From NCBI RefSeq assembly GCF_963921235.1, contig NC_086097.1:155250001-155314000 (forward strand): 64,000 nt of DNA. Direction: 5' to 3'. Shown here in pieces: positions 23,778-35,005 of this stretch. The notes beneath the pieces were generated by a model. It worked only from the letters and a program-made list of their open reading frames with translations. It was not told the origin of the DNA and did not search any database. Source of the DNA: Mobula hypostoma (taxonomy: Eukaryota). The position numbers and the translations under genes were made by a program. The first letter of the stretch is position 1. Each line of letters starts with the position of its first letter.

Positions 23778-25089
23778 GAATGTTGAAAGGTCATGATAAA
23801 GTGGATGTGGAGAGGATGTTTCCTCTGGTTGGACATTCTAGGACCAGAGAACAAAGCCTCAGAGTAGAGGGGTGTCATTTTAGAATGGAGATGAGGGGGA
23901 ATTTCTTTAGCCAGAGTGGTGAATCTATGGAATTTCTTGACACAGGCAGCTGTGGAGGCTAACTCTTTACATATATTTAAGGCAGAAATTGACAGATTCT
24001 TGATTGGTTAGGGCATGAGATGATACAGAGATTGGGGCTGAGAGGAAAAGTGGATCAGCCATGATGAAATGGTGGCACAGACTTGATGGACCAAATGGCC
24101 TGATTCTGCTCCTATATCTTGTGGTCTTCTCCAACAGTGCCCTCCAAGTCCTGACTTAGAAGTACATAAGGTACGGGATTCAGGTTTATTGTCACTGACA
24201 TAAGCCTTGAAGTTTGTTTTGCAGTAAGAAATATAAAAAGTAATTTTAAGCCAAGACAGACCCTTCCTCAGGATTCTGTGCTTAAAATTTTCCCCCTCCC
24301 CTTCCCCTCTTCTTCAAATCCCCACTGGCCTCTTACCACTTCACCTCACCTCACTTCACTTATGATGGGGGTGTTGAGTAGCCTGAATGCTTGGATAAAG
24401 TAACTGTTTTTGAGACTGTCACTTTTGAATCAGACACACGCACACACACACGCAAACTCTTATCTGAGTCCTTGACTCTCTACCCAACCCGCCCAGTTCT
24501 CAGGCCTTCTCACTGTTGTCAACTCACAGGGAGGAGAGGTTTCTGCAAAGTATTGCCAGCCCCAGTCGCTCGTTATGAACGGGACTCTAACCTGCCCTGA
24601 TTCCCTGGATACCTACCCAGAGTTTGCCTCTACTTTCCCCATCCCTCCCCAACCACCCCTGCCTAAAGCCAATGCAGTTCCTGATGGGTTTGTATTTACA
24701 AGTTCCGTGTGTCAGGTCTGCCACTTAGCTCTGAAGATGCACAAACTGTGGTCTGCCAGTCAGGTAGTCCATGTAACTGCTTATGAGAGCTCAGCCAAGA
24801 AACATGACTGCCTTTGATAGTTCTGACTGGTAATGTGACATGTCTGGGTGAGTAGTGCATCTGTGAATCACAATCTGTTGAAAATCAGCTGCCTTGGTTG
24901 TTTGATCCAGGCTGAATCCCAGTAGGTTCACATGCATCTCCAGCCCTCAGTGGCCACAATTCAGTTACAGTGACATTTGGATGGAGGTAAGGATGAAACT
25001 TAAAGTTGTGACAAAGGTTATTACCATTCTACAGAACATTACAACACTTCAACCATTACAACATTACAACCGTGGTAGTAGGGGACTCC

Positions 25090-27940
25090 ATAGTGAGAGG
25101 TACAGAAAGGGGTTTCTGTGGCAACAGGCGAGATTAAGGATGGTGTGTTGCCTCCCTGGTGCCGGAATCCAGGATGTCACGGACCCATTGCAGGGAATCC
25201 TCAAGAGTGAAGGTGAACATCCGGAAGTGGTGGTGCACGTCAGCACAAATGACATGGGGAAGAAGAGGAAAGACATTCTACAGCGCGACTTCAGAGAACT
25301 TGGAAGAAGGCTGAAAAGCAGGACTTCCAGGGTGGTTATCTCCAGTTTGCTTCCAGTTCCCCGTACTGGAGTGGTCAAGAACAGGGAGATAATGGATCTG
25401 AACGTGTGGCTGAGGAACTGGTGCAGGAAGCAAGGATTTACATTCTTGGACCACTGGGGTATGTTTCGGGGTAAGGATGAATTGTACAAAAGGGACGGGT
25501 TGCATCTTGATAAGCGGGGCACCAGCATTCTGGCAGGCAGGTTTGCCTCTGCAACACGGGTGTGTTTAATCTAAGCAGTGGGGGTGGGGGGGGGAACGAA
25601 CTGGAAACATAAGGATGGAGATAAAGGGAAAGTGAGAATAAGAAAAGTTAAGATTGACAGTAGAATCAACAGAGCAGAAAGCTCAAGAAGGGATCGTAAA
25701 GTATGGCCAAGTGAAATAGGAATTGATGTGGGAGGTGAGGGGAGTAATGAATTAAAAGTATTGTATATGAATGCCCGGAGTATAAGAAATAAAGTGGATG
25801 AGCTTGAGGCACAGTTGGAAATTGGTAAGTATGATGTTGTGGGAATAACAGAGACACGGCTTCAAGTGGACAGGGCCTGGGAAATAAATATTCAAGCGTA
25901 TACGTCCTATCGAAAGGACAGAATGATGGGCAGAGGGGGTGGGGTGGCTCTGTTGGTGAGGAATGATATTCAGTCCCTTGCGAGGGGGGACATAGCAAAG
26001 ACGAGTGGGAAGCCGGAGGATTGGGAAACCTTTAAAGAGCGACAGAAGGTAACTAAAAAGGCAATATGCGGAGAAACAATGAGGTACGAAGGTAAACTAA
26101 CCAAGAATATAAAGGAGGATAGTAAAAGCTTCTTTAGGTATGTGAAAAGGAAAAAAATAGTTAAGACCAAAATTGGGCCCTTGAAGACAGAAGCGGGTGA
26201 ATTTATTATGGGGAACAAGGAAATGGCAGACGAGTTGAACAGGTACTTTGGATCTGTCTTCACTAGGGAAGACACAATCTCCCAGATGTAATAGTGGCCA
26301 AAGGACCTAGGGCAATGGATGAATTGAAGGAAATTTATATTAGGTAGGAAATGGTGTTGGATAGGCTGTTGGGTCTGAAGGCTGATTAGTCCCCAGGACC
26401 TGATGGTCTGCATCCCAGTGCACTTAAGGAGGTGGCTTTAGAAATCGTGGACGCATTGGTAATCATTTTCCAATGTTCTATAGATTCCCGATCAGTTCCT
26501 GTGGATTGGAGGGTGGCTAATGTTGTCCCTCTCTTCAAGAAGGGAGGAAGAGAGAAAACAGGGAATTATAGAGCGGTTAGCCTGACGTCGGTGGTGGGAA
26601 AGATGCTGGAGTCAATTATAAAAGATGAAATTATGACACATCTGGATAGTAGTAACAGGATTGGTCCGAGTCAGCATGGATTTACGAAGGGGAAACTGTG
26701 CTTGACTAATCTTCTGGAATATTTTGAGGATGTAACTATGAAAATGGACAAGGGAGAGCCAGTGGATGTAGTGTACCTAGACTTTCAGAAAGCTTTGATA
26801 AAGTCCCACATAGGAGATTAGTGGGCAAAATTAGGGCACATGGTATTGGGGGCAGAGTACTGACATGGATTGAAAATTGGCTGGCCGACAGAAAACAAAG
26901 AGTAGCGATCAACGGGTCCCTTTCGGAATGGCAGGCGGTGACCAGTGGGGTACCGCAGGGATCAGTGCTGGGACCGCAGCTGTTTACATTATATATTAAT
27001 GATTTAGATGAGGGAATTAAAAGTAACATCAGCAAATTTGCCGATGACACAAAGCTGGGTGGCAGTGTGAAATGTGAAGAGGATGTTATGAGAATGCAGG
27101 GTGACTTGGACAGGCTGGGTGAGTGGGCAGATGCAGTTTAATGTGGATAAATGTGAGGTGGTAAAAACGGGAAGGCAGATTATTATCTAAATGGAGTCAA
27201 GTTAGGAAAAGGGGAAGCAGAACGAGATCTAGGAGTTCTTGTACATCAGTCACTGAAGGAAGCATGCAAGTATAGCAGGCAGTGAAGAAAGCTAATGGCA
27301 TGCTGGCCTTCATAACAAGGGGAATTGAGTATAAGAGCAAAGAGGTCCTTCTGCAGCTGTACAGGGCCCTGGTGAGACCACACCTGGAGTACTGTGTGCA
27401 GATTTGGTCTCCAAATTTAAGGAAGGACATTCTTGCTATTGAAGGAGTGCAGTGTAGGTTCAGAAGGTTAATTCCCGGGATGGCGGGACTGTCTTATGTC
27501 GAAAGATTGGAGCAACTGGGCTTGTATACTCTGGAATTTAGAAGGCTGAGAGGGGATCTTATTGAAACATGTAAGATTATTAAGGGATTGGACACGCTGC
27601 AGGCAAGAGGCATGTTCCCGCTGATGGATGAGTCCAGAACCAGAGGCCACAGTTTAAGAATTAGGGGTAGGCCATTTAGAACGGAGTTGAGGTAAAACTT
27701 TTTCACCCAGAGAGTGGTGGATATATGGAATGCTCTGCCCCAGAAAGCTGTGGAGGCCAAGTCTCTGGATGCTTTCAAGAAAGAGATGGATAGAGCTCTT
27801 AAAGATAGCGGAATCAAAGGTTATGAGGATAAGGCAGGAACTGGATACTGATAGTGGATGATCAGCCATGATCACAGTGAATGGTGGTGCTGGCTCGAAG
27901 GGCAGAATGGGCTACTCCTGCACCTATTGTCTATTGTGAA
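25090..27940 (+). mobile_element. CR1 LINE with SGNH-esterase ORF1, internally deleted ORF2 and 3' tail
   Basis: ORF1 VCCLPGA...VHVSTND...YKRDGLHL. ORF2 [42 protein letters not shown]. Tail ctattgtctattg. Confidence 0.93.
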
Positions 27941-28899
27941 TTGTCTATAACTTTTGTTTATTTCGTTTAATTTTCTATATTATGAGTAGATGCTAATAAA
28001 GGTAATGGTTTTAACATTAAAACCTCGCTGAATTTGTGATCTATTGCTGCTGGTACGTAACACTTACACTTCCAGGATCAGCAGACAATCTCATGTCTAT
28101 GATCTATCTCCCTCCTGTATGCTTCCTCATTGCTCTCTGAGATCCTGCAAACAGTTATTTTATCAGTGAACTTATAAATAGTATTTGTGCTGTGCCTAGC
28201 CACAAAACCATGAGTGTAAATGGAGAAGAGCAACAGGGTAAGCAAGCATCCTTAAGGTACACCTGTATTAAATATCAGCGAAGAGGATATTATTACAGAT
28301 CCTTACTGACTTTGGTCTCCTAATGAGGAAGTCAAGGGACTACAACAGCAGCAGTGAAAGATTGAAGATATCCATGAACATTCTGCCATTTGTTTGGCAT
28401 GGATTTTCAGAGCCCCACAATGTGCACTATCAGGGACTGACACCTTGCAAGTATTCACCCTTTTGAAAGATGTTCTTGTGGTGATATCACATCACGTGTA
28501 AGAAAGTGATTAGACAGAGTTCAGAGCATGTGCAGAAATGAGAGAATGATCTAGAAACTGTATGGTGAAAACCTCGTTGCTGTTTGCTGTTGTAAATAAA
28601 AGTTCCAGTTTTAATTCTTCCAGAATATGGTTTGTTCTTAGAAACCCACGGTGCATATAAAGATCACAACAGTTCTGACGTCATCTTCCAAGACAGGTAT
28701 TACAGGGTCACCAGGTACTCCAGGTGTTGCTTCACCAACTGCAACATAACGCTCCATGTCTATACTTAATGTCCTGACTAAAGAAGACCAGTGTGCCAAA
28801 TGTTTTCATCACCACACCAGCTACCCATGATTCCATTTTCAGGAAACAATGTGCTCTCAATTCTCACTGTACTACAAACGTATACCTGTATGGGCTCCA

Positions 28900-30719
28900 T
28901 GACGAATATGTGTAGCATTTGGAATAAGGTGGACGAACTCGTGGCGCAATTAGAGATTGGTCAATATGATGTTGGGGAAATCACTGAGTCGTGGCTGAAA
29001 GAAGGTTATAGTTGGGAGCTTAATATCAAAGGGTATACTTTGTATCGAAAGGACAGGCAGGAAGGCATTGGCAGTGCTGTGGCTCTGTTGTTAAGAGATG
29101 GAATTCCATCTTTAGAAAGAGGTGACATAGGGTCAGAGAATGTTGAATCTTTGTGTGTGGAGTTAAGAAATTGCAAGGGTACAAAAATATTATAGGAATC
29201 ATATATAGGCCTCCAAATAGTAGCCAAGATGTGGGACAAGATTGCAAAGGGAGCTAGAAAATGTAATAAGGCTAACGACACTAGTGAGGGACTTCAATAT
29301 GCAAGGAGATTGGGAAAATGAGGTTGCTGATGGATTACAAGAGAGGGAATTTGCTGAATACCCTCAAGATGGCTTTTTAGAGCAGTTTGTGCTTGAGTCT
29401 ACTTGGGGAAATGCCATCTTAGATTGGGTGTTGTGTAATAACCCAGATCTTATTGGGGAGCTTAACGTAAAAGAACCCTTAGGAGGCAGTGATCATCATA
29501 TGATTGAAATCATACTGCAATTTGAGAGGTAGAAACATAACTCACATCTATCAGTATCTCAATAGAATAAAGGAAATTCCAGAGGCATGAGGGAGGAGCC
29601 TGCCCAAGTGGATCGGGGGAGGGTACTGGTGGGGATGACGGCAGAGCAGAGATGGCTGAAGTTTCTCGAAGTAGTTCACAAGGTGCAAGATAGATATGTT
29701 CGAGAGAGAAAGAAGTTCTCAAATGGCAGTGGTAGGCAATCGTGGCTGACAAAAGAAGTTGACTGCATAAAAACTAGGGAAATAGCATATAAGGTAGCAA
29801 AAGTGAGTGGGAAGTTGGATGATTGGGAAGCTTTTAAAATTTAACAAAAGGCAACAAAAAAAGCTATAAGAAAGCAAAGGATGAAATATGAAGGCAGACC
29901 GGCCAATAATATAAAGCAGGATACCAACATTTTTTTAGTTATGCAAAGAGTAAAAGGGAGGTGACAGATGATATTGTACCACTGAAAAATGACGATGGAG
30001 ATGTAGTAATGGGCGACGAAGAAATAGAAGATGAACTAAATGGGTACTTTGCATCAGTCTTCACTGCGAAAGACACTAGCAGTGTGCCAGATGTCATTGA
30101 GTGTGAGTGCCATTGCTATTACAAAGGAAAAAGGGCCAGACAAACTCAAAGGTCTTAAGGTGGATAAGTCACCTGGGCCAGATGGACTACACCCCAGAGT
30201 CCCGAGGAAGGTTGCTGAAGAGATAATTGGTCAAGAGATGCATTGGTCATGATCTTTCTGGTTTGGTCCCAGAGGACTGGAAGATGGCAAATGTCACTCC
30301 ACTCTTTAAGAAAGGAGAAAGGCAAAAAATAAATAAATAAGGAAATTATAGGCCTGTTAGTCTTACCTCAGTGGATGGGGAAGTGTTGGAGTCCATTATT
30401 AAGGATGAGGTTTCGAGGTAGTTGGAGACTAATGATAAAATAAGTCAAAGTCAGCTTGGCGTCTGTATAGGAAAATCTTTTCTGACAAATCTGTTAGAGT
30501 TCTTCGAGGAAGTCATAAGCAGGGTGGACAAAGGAGAGATAATAGATGTCATTTACTTGGATTTTCAGAAGGCATTTGATATGGTGTCACGCAAGGCTGC
30601 TTAACAAGATAAAATCCTATGGTATTACAGGAAAGATACAGGCATGGAGAGCAGAATGCCTGACAGGCATGAGATAGCAAGTAGCAAAAGGGGCTGCTGG
30701 TAACTAGTGATGTTTCTCA
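28900..30719 (+). mobile_element. CR1 LINE ORF2 (endonuclease to RT), disrupted, ending at the gap
   Basis: SIWNKVDEL, EITESWL, LGGSDH, KSPGPDGLHPRV and YLDFQKAFD motifs. Confidence 0.9.
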
Positions 30720-30919
30720 NNNNNNNNNNNNNNNNNNNNNNNNNNNNNNNNNNNNNNNNNNNNNNNNNNNNNNNNNNNNNNNNNNNNNNNNNNNNNNNNN
30801 NNNNNNNNNNNNNNNNNNNNNNNNNNNNNNNNNNNNNNNNNNNNNNNNNNNNNNNNNNNNNNNNNNNNNNNNNNNNNNNNNNNNNNNNNNNNNNNNNNNN
30901 NNNNNNNNNNNNNNNNNNN
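30720..30919. other. Assembly gap (200 N)
   Basis: Run of N. The round length suggests a placeholder of unknown true size. Confidence 0.99.
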
Positions 30920-31089
30920 AGTCCTCAATACAAGACTGCACGTTTCACTGAATATTTCGACGTGTTATAAATAAAGCTAATCTTTAAAGGGCTGGCTGAG
31001 ATTACTTCTTTAAGAGTTAAATAAGAGAAGAGGGCAAAGGAGTGGGAGCGAAAAAAAAGATTATGCGAAACAGAAATGTACGTGGCAGG

Positions 31090-31520
31090 AACTCAATGCA
31101 TAAAAGCATGTAGCCGTGTACAAGAGGATCAATTGCTGTTCAGACCATGTATCAGAATGGGGTAGAAACGTGATCTAAGTGACTTTGACCACAGAATGAT
31201 AGTTGGTGCCAGACAGAGTGGTCTGTGTTTCCCAGAAACTGATGAGCTGGAATTTTAAAGCACAACAGTCTCTTGAGTTTTCAGAGAATGGTGCAAAAAC
31301 CATCCAAACACCTTGTTAATTAAAAGGGACAGTGGAAAATGGCCAGCCAAGCTCAAGCTGACAGGAAGACTCTGGGAACACAAGTAACCATATATTACAA
31401 CAGTGCTGTGTAGAACAGCATCTCTGAATGCACAATACATCAAACCTTGAAGTGAATAGGTTACAGCAGCAGAAGACCAAGAAAATACACCCAGTGGCCA
31501 CGTTTTTTCAGATACAGGTG
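31090..31520 (+). mobile_element. Tc1/mariner-like transposon remnant
   Basis: Decayed ctaagtgactttgac...atgatagttggtgccagac, which encodes an SDF..MIVGAR-type transposase N-terminus; related to 16652..16900. Confidence 0.55.
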
Positions 31521-31592
31521 GCAACTGTATTTAATATAAAAACCTTGATACAGCAATCGTGCCTAAACATCTATTCTCTCACACTCACTCGC

Positions 31593-33455
31593 TCACACAT
31601 CTGTTGGTATGAGACAATTTTTACCTTCAGCTTCTTTGTGAGAGTTTGCATTCAAATCTTCTGTATATTTTGTGATGTGAACTGAATCCTCTTTGCAGAA
31701 TCTTGACTGCAGTGTCATATCAGTGGGCACCATTCCCTCACCTCGGCAGCCCTCTTGTTCACATCTTTGCCATTCTCTGTGGAGTTTTTGATTTGTTCTT
31801 GGCCATCTTCTCTTGTATTCTGTCTTCCCGTCCTCAGCCAATCTCACCTCTGCATACCTTCGTTTCTTAACGCCAAGAAACTTTCCTACCGATTGCAATC
31901 TTCCACTCAATGGAGCTCTTCTGTCACCCACCTTTGTGGTGTCATCTGATCCACACTCTGGACTCTGTTCATCGTTCTGCACTTGTTCTTCACTGCTCAT
32001 TCCTTGATCCCCTCTTTTAAGTCCCACTTTCTCTTCTCCCACAATTACATTGTCTTTCCTTTCATTATTCACTTCCTCCTCAGCAATGATTCCTTCATCC
32101 TTAATTTCATTTATCATGTTCTCATCCCAGGTATCTCCGTTTTTGAACACTTGGTTCATTGTTGGGACAGCCACCTCTGACGGAAAATTCCCAACAGCTA
32201 GCTCGGGACCTGGCTGTTCCAGTAAACTAATTCCATGCTGCTTTCCTTCATCCCCTTCTTCCATATTATCACTCCCAATATTCTGGCTCTCTGGTTTCCT
32301 ATTCAGAGCTCCTTCCTCTGAATAACCTTCCTGCAAATCCAGGCTACCCTCACCTGGACACAAATTTTCAGTTTCATGTTCTGACTCTCTAACCTCAGGA
32401 GCCAAGCTTTCAGCTTCCAGATTTTCCATCTTGATGATTACTGGTAGACTCCAGCACCCCAAGTTTTCTGGCTCCACTCGCTCAACGTCCTGCTGGGCGA
32501 CGCCTGCTCCGAGCTCAGCTTCCCCAGCTTGGGGGCCCTTCCTGGCATTCTTCCTGCGGGCCCAGAGGCTGGCAGCAACAGCGGCCCCAACAGCTAGCTC
32601 GGGACCTGGCTTTCCATCTGGCTGTTCTAGTAAACTAATTCCATGCTGCTTTCCTCCATCCCCTTCTTCCATATTATCACCCCCAATATTCTGGCTCTCT
32701 GGTTTCCTATTCAGAGCTCCTTGCTCTGAATAACCTTCCTGCAAATCCAGGCTACCCTCACCTGGACACAAATTTTCAGTTTCATGTTCTGACTCTCTAA
32801 CCTCAGGAGCCAAGCTTCCAGCTTCCAGATTTTCCATCTTGATGATTACTGGTAGACTCCAGCACCCCAAGTTTTCTGGCTCCACTCGCTCAACGTCCTG
32901 CTGGGCTACGCCTGCTCCGAGCTCAGCTTCCCCAGCTTGGGGGCCCTTCCTGGCATTCTTCCTGCGGGCCCAGAGGCTGGCGGCAACAGCGGCCCCAACA
33001 GCTAGCTCGGGACCTGGCTTTCCATCTGGCTGTTCCAGTAAACTAATTCCATGCTGTTTTCCTTCATCCCCTTCTTCCATATTATCACCCCCAATATTCT
33101 GGCTCTCTGGTTTCCTATTCAGAGCTCCTTCCTCTGAATAACCTTCCTGGAAATCCAGGCTACCCTCACCTGGACACAAATTTTCCGTTTCATGTTCTGA
33201 CTTTGTAACCTCGGGAGCCAAGCTTCCAGCTTCGAGATTTTCTGTCTGAATGATTACTGGTAGACTCGAGCACCCCAAGTTTTCTGGCTCCACTCGCTCA
33301 ACGTCCTGCTGGACGACGCCTGCTCCGAGCTCAGCTTCCCCAGCTAGGGGGCCCTTCCTGGTATTCTTCCTGCGGGCCCAGAGGCTGGCGGCAACAGCGG
33401 CCCCAACAGCTGACAGGCTGAGGAGCAGCAGCGCAGATAGTTTGTGGCAGCACAT
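31593..33455 (-). CDS. Uncharacterised 620-aa acidic protein with an N-terminal signal-anchor-like segment and three ~136-aa tandem repeats
   Basis: Only long intact non-transposon ORF in the window. ATG in context gcgggATG, with an in-frame TAG 11 codons upstream. Hydrophobic LSALLLLSLSAVGAAVAASLW is followed by basic ARRKNTRK; the body is Glu/Gly-rich. ATTAAA lies ~60 nt after the stop (31530..31535). Confidence 0.6.
   Translation of the reverse strand: MCCHKLSALLLLSLSAVGAAVAASLWARRKNTRKGPLAGEAELGAGVVQQDVERVEPENLGCSSLPVIIQTENLEAGSLAPEVTKSEHETENLCPGEGSLDFQEGYSEEGALNRKPESQNIGGDNMEEGDEGKQHGISLLEQPDGKPGPELAVGAAVAASLWARRKNARKGPQAGEAELGAGVAQQDVERVEPENLGCWSLPVIIKMENLEAGSLAPEVRESEHETENLCPGEGSLDLQEGYSEQGALNRKPESQNIGGDNMEEGDGGKQHGISLLEQPDGKPGPELAVGAAVAASLWARRKNARKGPQAGEAELGAGVAQQDVERVEPENLGCWSLPVIIKMENLEAESLAPEVRESEHETENLCPGEGSLDLQEGYSEEGALNRKPESQNIGSDNMEEGDEGKQHGISLLEQPGPELAVGNFPSEVAVPTMNQVFKNGDTWDENMINEIKDEGIIAEEEVNNERKDNVIVGEEKVGLKRGDQGMSSEEQVQNDEQSPECGSDDTTKVGDRRAPLSGRLQSVGKFLGVKKRRYAEVRLAEDGKTEYKRRWPRTNQKLHREWQRCEQEGCRGEGMVPTDMTLQSRFCKEDSVHITKYTEDLNANSHKEAEGKNCLIPTDV
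32190..33410 (-). repeat. In-frame coding tandem repeat, units of 408/408/396 bp
   Basis: Units start at 33410, 33002 and 32594 (GCTGTTGGG = AVG), with a terminal AVG at 32198. The third unit lacks 12 nt (DGKP). Confidence 0.95.
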
Positions 33456-33889
33456 CCCGCTGTTCCAGGGGATACAAGTAGAATTCTAACAATATTGCAG
33501 AAGCAAAGCAAGAAGGTACTCCCCTCTTCAGCAGGGAGAAGCACAAAACTTGGACTTTGCCAATAGACAACTTCTGTCCTACAGTTATTAAAATACTTAG
33601 CAGTCCCTTGAAAAATAACATGCACTGATGACCTCACAATCTAGCTCATTATGACCTTGCTCAAGAAAATGTACGAGTATTGTGGACACAGATCATCATG
33701 ACATCATGAAAACCAGCCTCCCATTTTACATGAAGATGTATTCATGAACTCACAATCTATATAGTCATAGTCATACTTCACTGATGTCAAGGGAAATTGG
33801 ATTTCGTTACAGTTGCCCATAAATAAATACTAATAAAACAATAAATAATTAAATAGTAATATGTAAATTATGCCAGGAAATAAGTCCAG

Positions 33890-35005
33890 GACCAGCCTAT
33901 TGGCTCAGGGTGTCTGACCCTCCAAGGGAGGAGTTGTAAAGTTTGATGGCCACAGGCGGGAATGACTTCCTATGACGCTCAGTGTTGCATCTCGGTGGAA
34001 TGAGTCTCTGGCTGAATGTACTCCAGTGCCCAACCAGTACATTATGTAGTGGGTGGGAGACATTGTCCAAGATGGCATGCAACTTGGACAGCATCCTCTT
34101 TTCAGACACCACTGTCAGAGAGCCCAGTTCCATCCCCACAACATCACTGGCCTTAGGAATGAGTTTGTTGATTCTGTTGGTGTCTGCTACCCTCAGCCTG
34201 CTGCCCCAGCACACAACAGCAAACATGATAGCACTGGCCACCACAGACTCGTAGAACATCCTCAGCATCGTCCGGCAGATGTTAAAGGACCTCAGTCTCC
34301 TCAGGAAATAGAGACGGCTCTGACCCTTCTTGTAGACAGCCTCAGTGTTCTTTGACCAGTCGAGTTTATTGTCATTTCGTATCCCCAGGTATTTGTAATC
34401 CTCCACCATGTCCACACTGACCCCCTGGATGGAAACAGGGGTCACCGGTGCCTTATCCCTCCTCAGGTCTACCACCAGGCTTTAGTCTTTTTCATATTAA
34501 GCTGCAGATAATTCCGCTCACACCATGTGACAAAGTTTCCTACCGTAGCCCTGTACTCAGCCTCATCTCCTTTGCTGATGCATCCAACTACGGCCGAGTC
34601 ATCAGAAAACTTCTGAAGATGACAAGACTGTGCAGTAGTTGAAGTCCGAGGTGTAAATGGTGAAGAGAAAGGGAGACAAGATAGTCCCCTGTGGAGCCCC
34701 AGTGCTGCTGATCACTCTGTTGGACACACAGTGTTGCAAGTACATGTAGTGTGGTCTGCCAGTCAGGTAATCAAGTATCCATGACACCAGGAAAGCATCC
34801 ATCTGCATCGCTGTCAGCTTTTCCCCCAGCAGAGCAGGGAGGATGGTGTTGAATGCACTGGAGAAGTCAAAAAACATGACCCTCACAGTGCTCGCTGGCT
34901 TGTCCAGGTGGGCGTAGACACAGTTCAGCAGGTAGACGATGGCATCCTCAACTCCTAGTCGGGGCTGGGAGGCGAACTGGAGGGGATCTAAGTGTGGCCT
35001 AACTA
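33890..35005 (-). mobile_element. Rex1/Babar-like LINE RT and 3' region
   Basis: LDPLQFA, VRVMFFDFSSAFNTI, GAPQGTILSPFLFTIYT and YKYLG...KGQSRLYFLRRLRSFN motifs. Confidence 0.9.

Larger units (their letters stand above)
21995..24130 (+). mobile_element. CR1 3' fragment interrupted by the Penelope insertion
   Basis: ctggaattcagaaga... before the insertion and MLKGHDKVDVERMFPLVG after it; uninterrupted in copy B (~60605..61115). Confidence 0.85.
1..27016 (+). repeat. Segmental duplication, copy A (continues beyond the left window edge)
   Basis: Position 1 (taggcctacacagcaatgtt) recurs at 38592. The ORF track repeats in the same order at an offset of ~38.6 kb (~37.0 kb after the Penelope insertion). 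The window end matches ...gatttagatgagggaa at 27016. Confidence 0.97.

Noticed and set aside
24981..25574. Host SGNH esterase gene
   Set aside because: It sits directly upstream of CR1 ORF2 and is the esterase domain of CR1 ORF1.
30704..30970. ORFs containing X runs
   Set aside because: Produced by the N gap.
32190..33410. CRISPR-like or non-coding satellite array
   Set aside because: Eukaryotic context, no spacers, and the units are long in-frame coding repeats.
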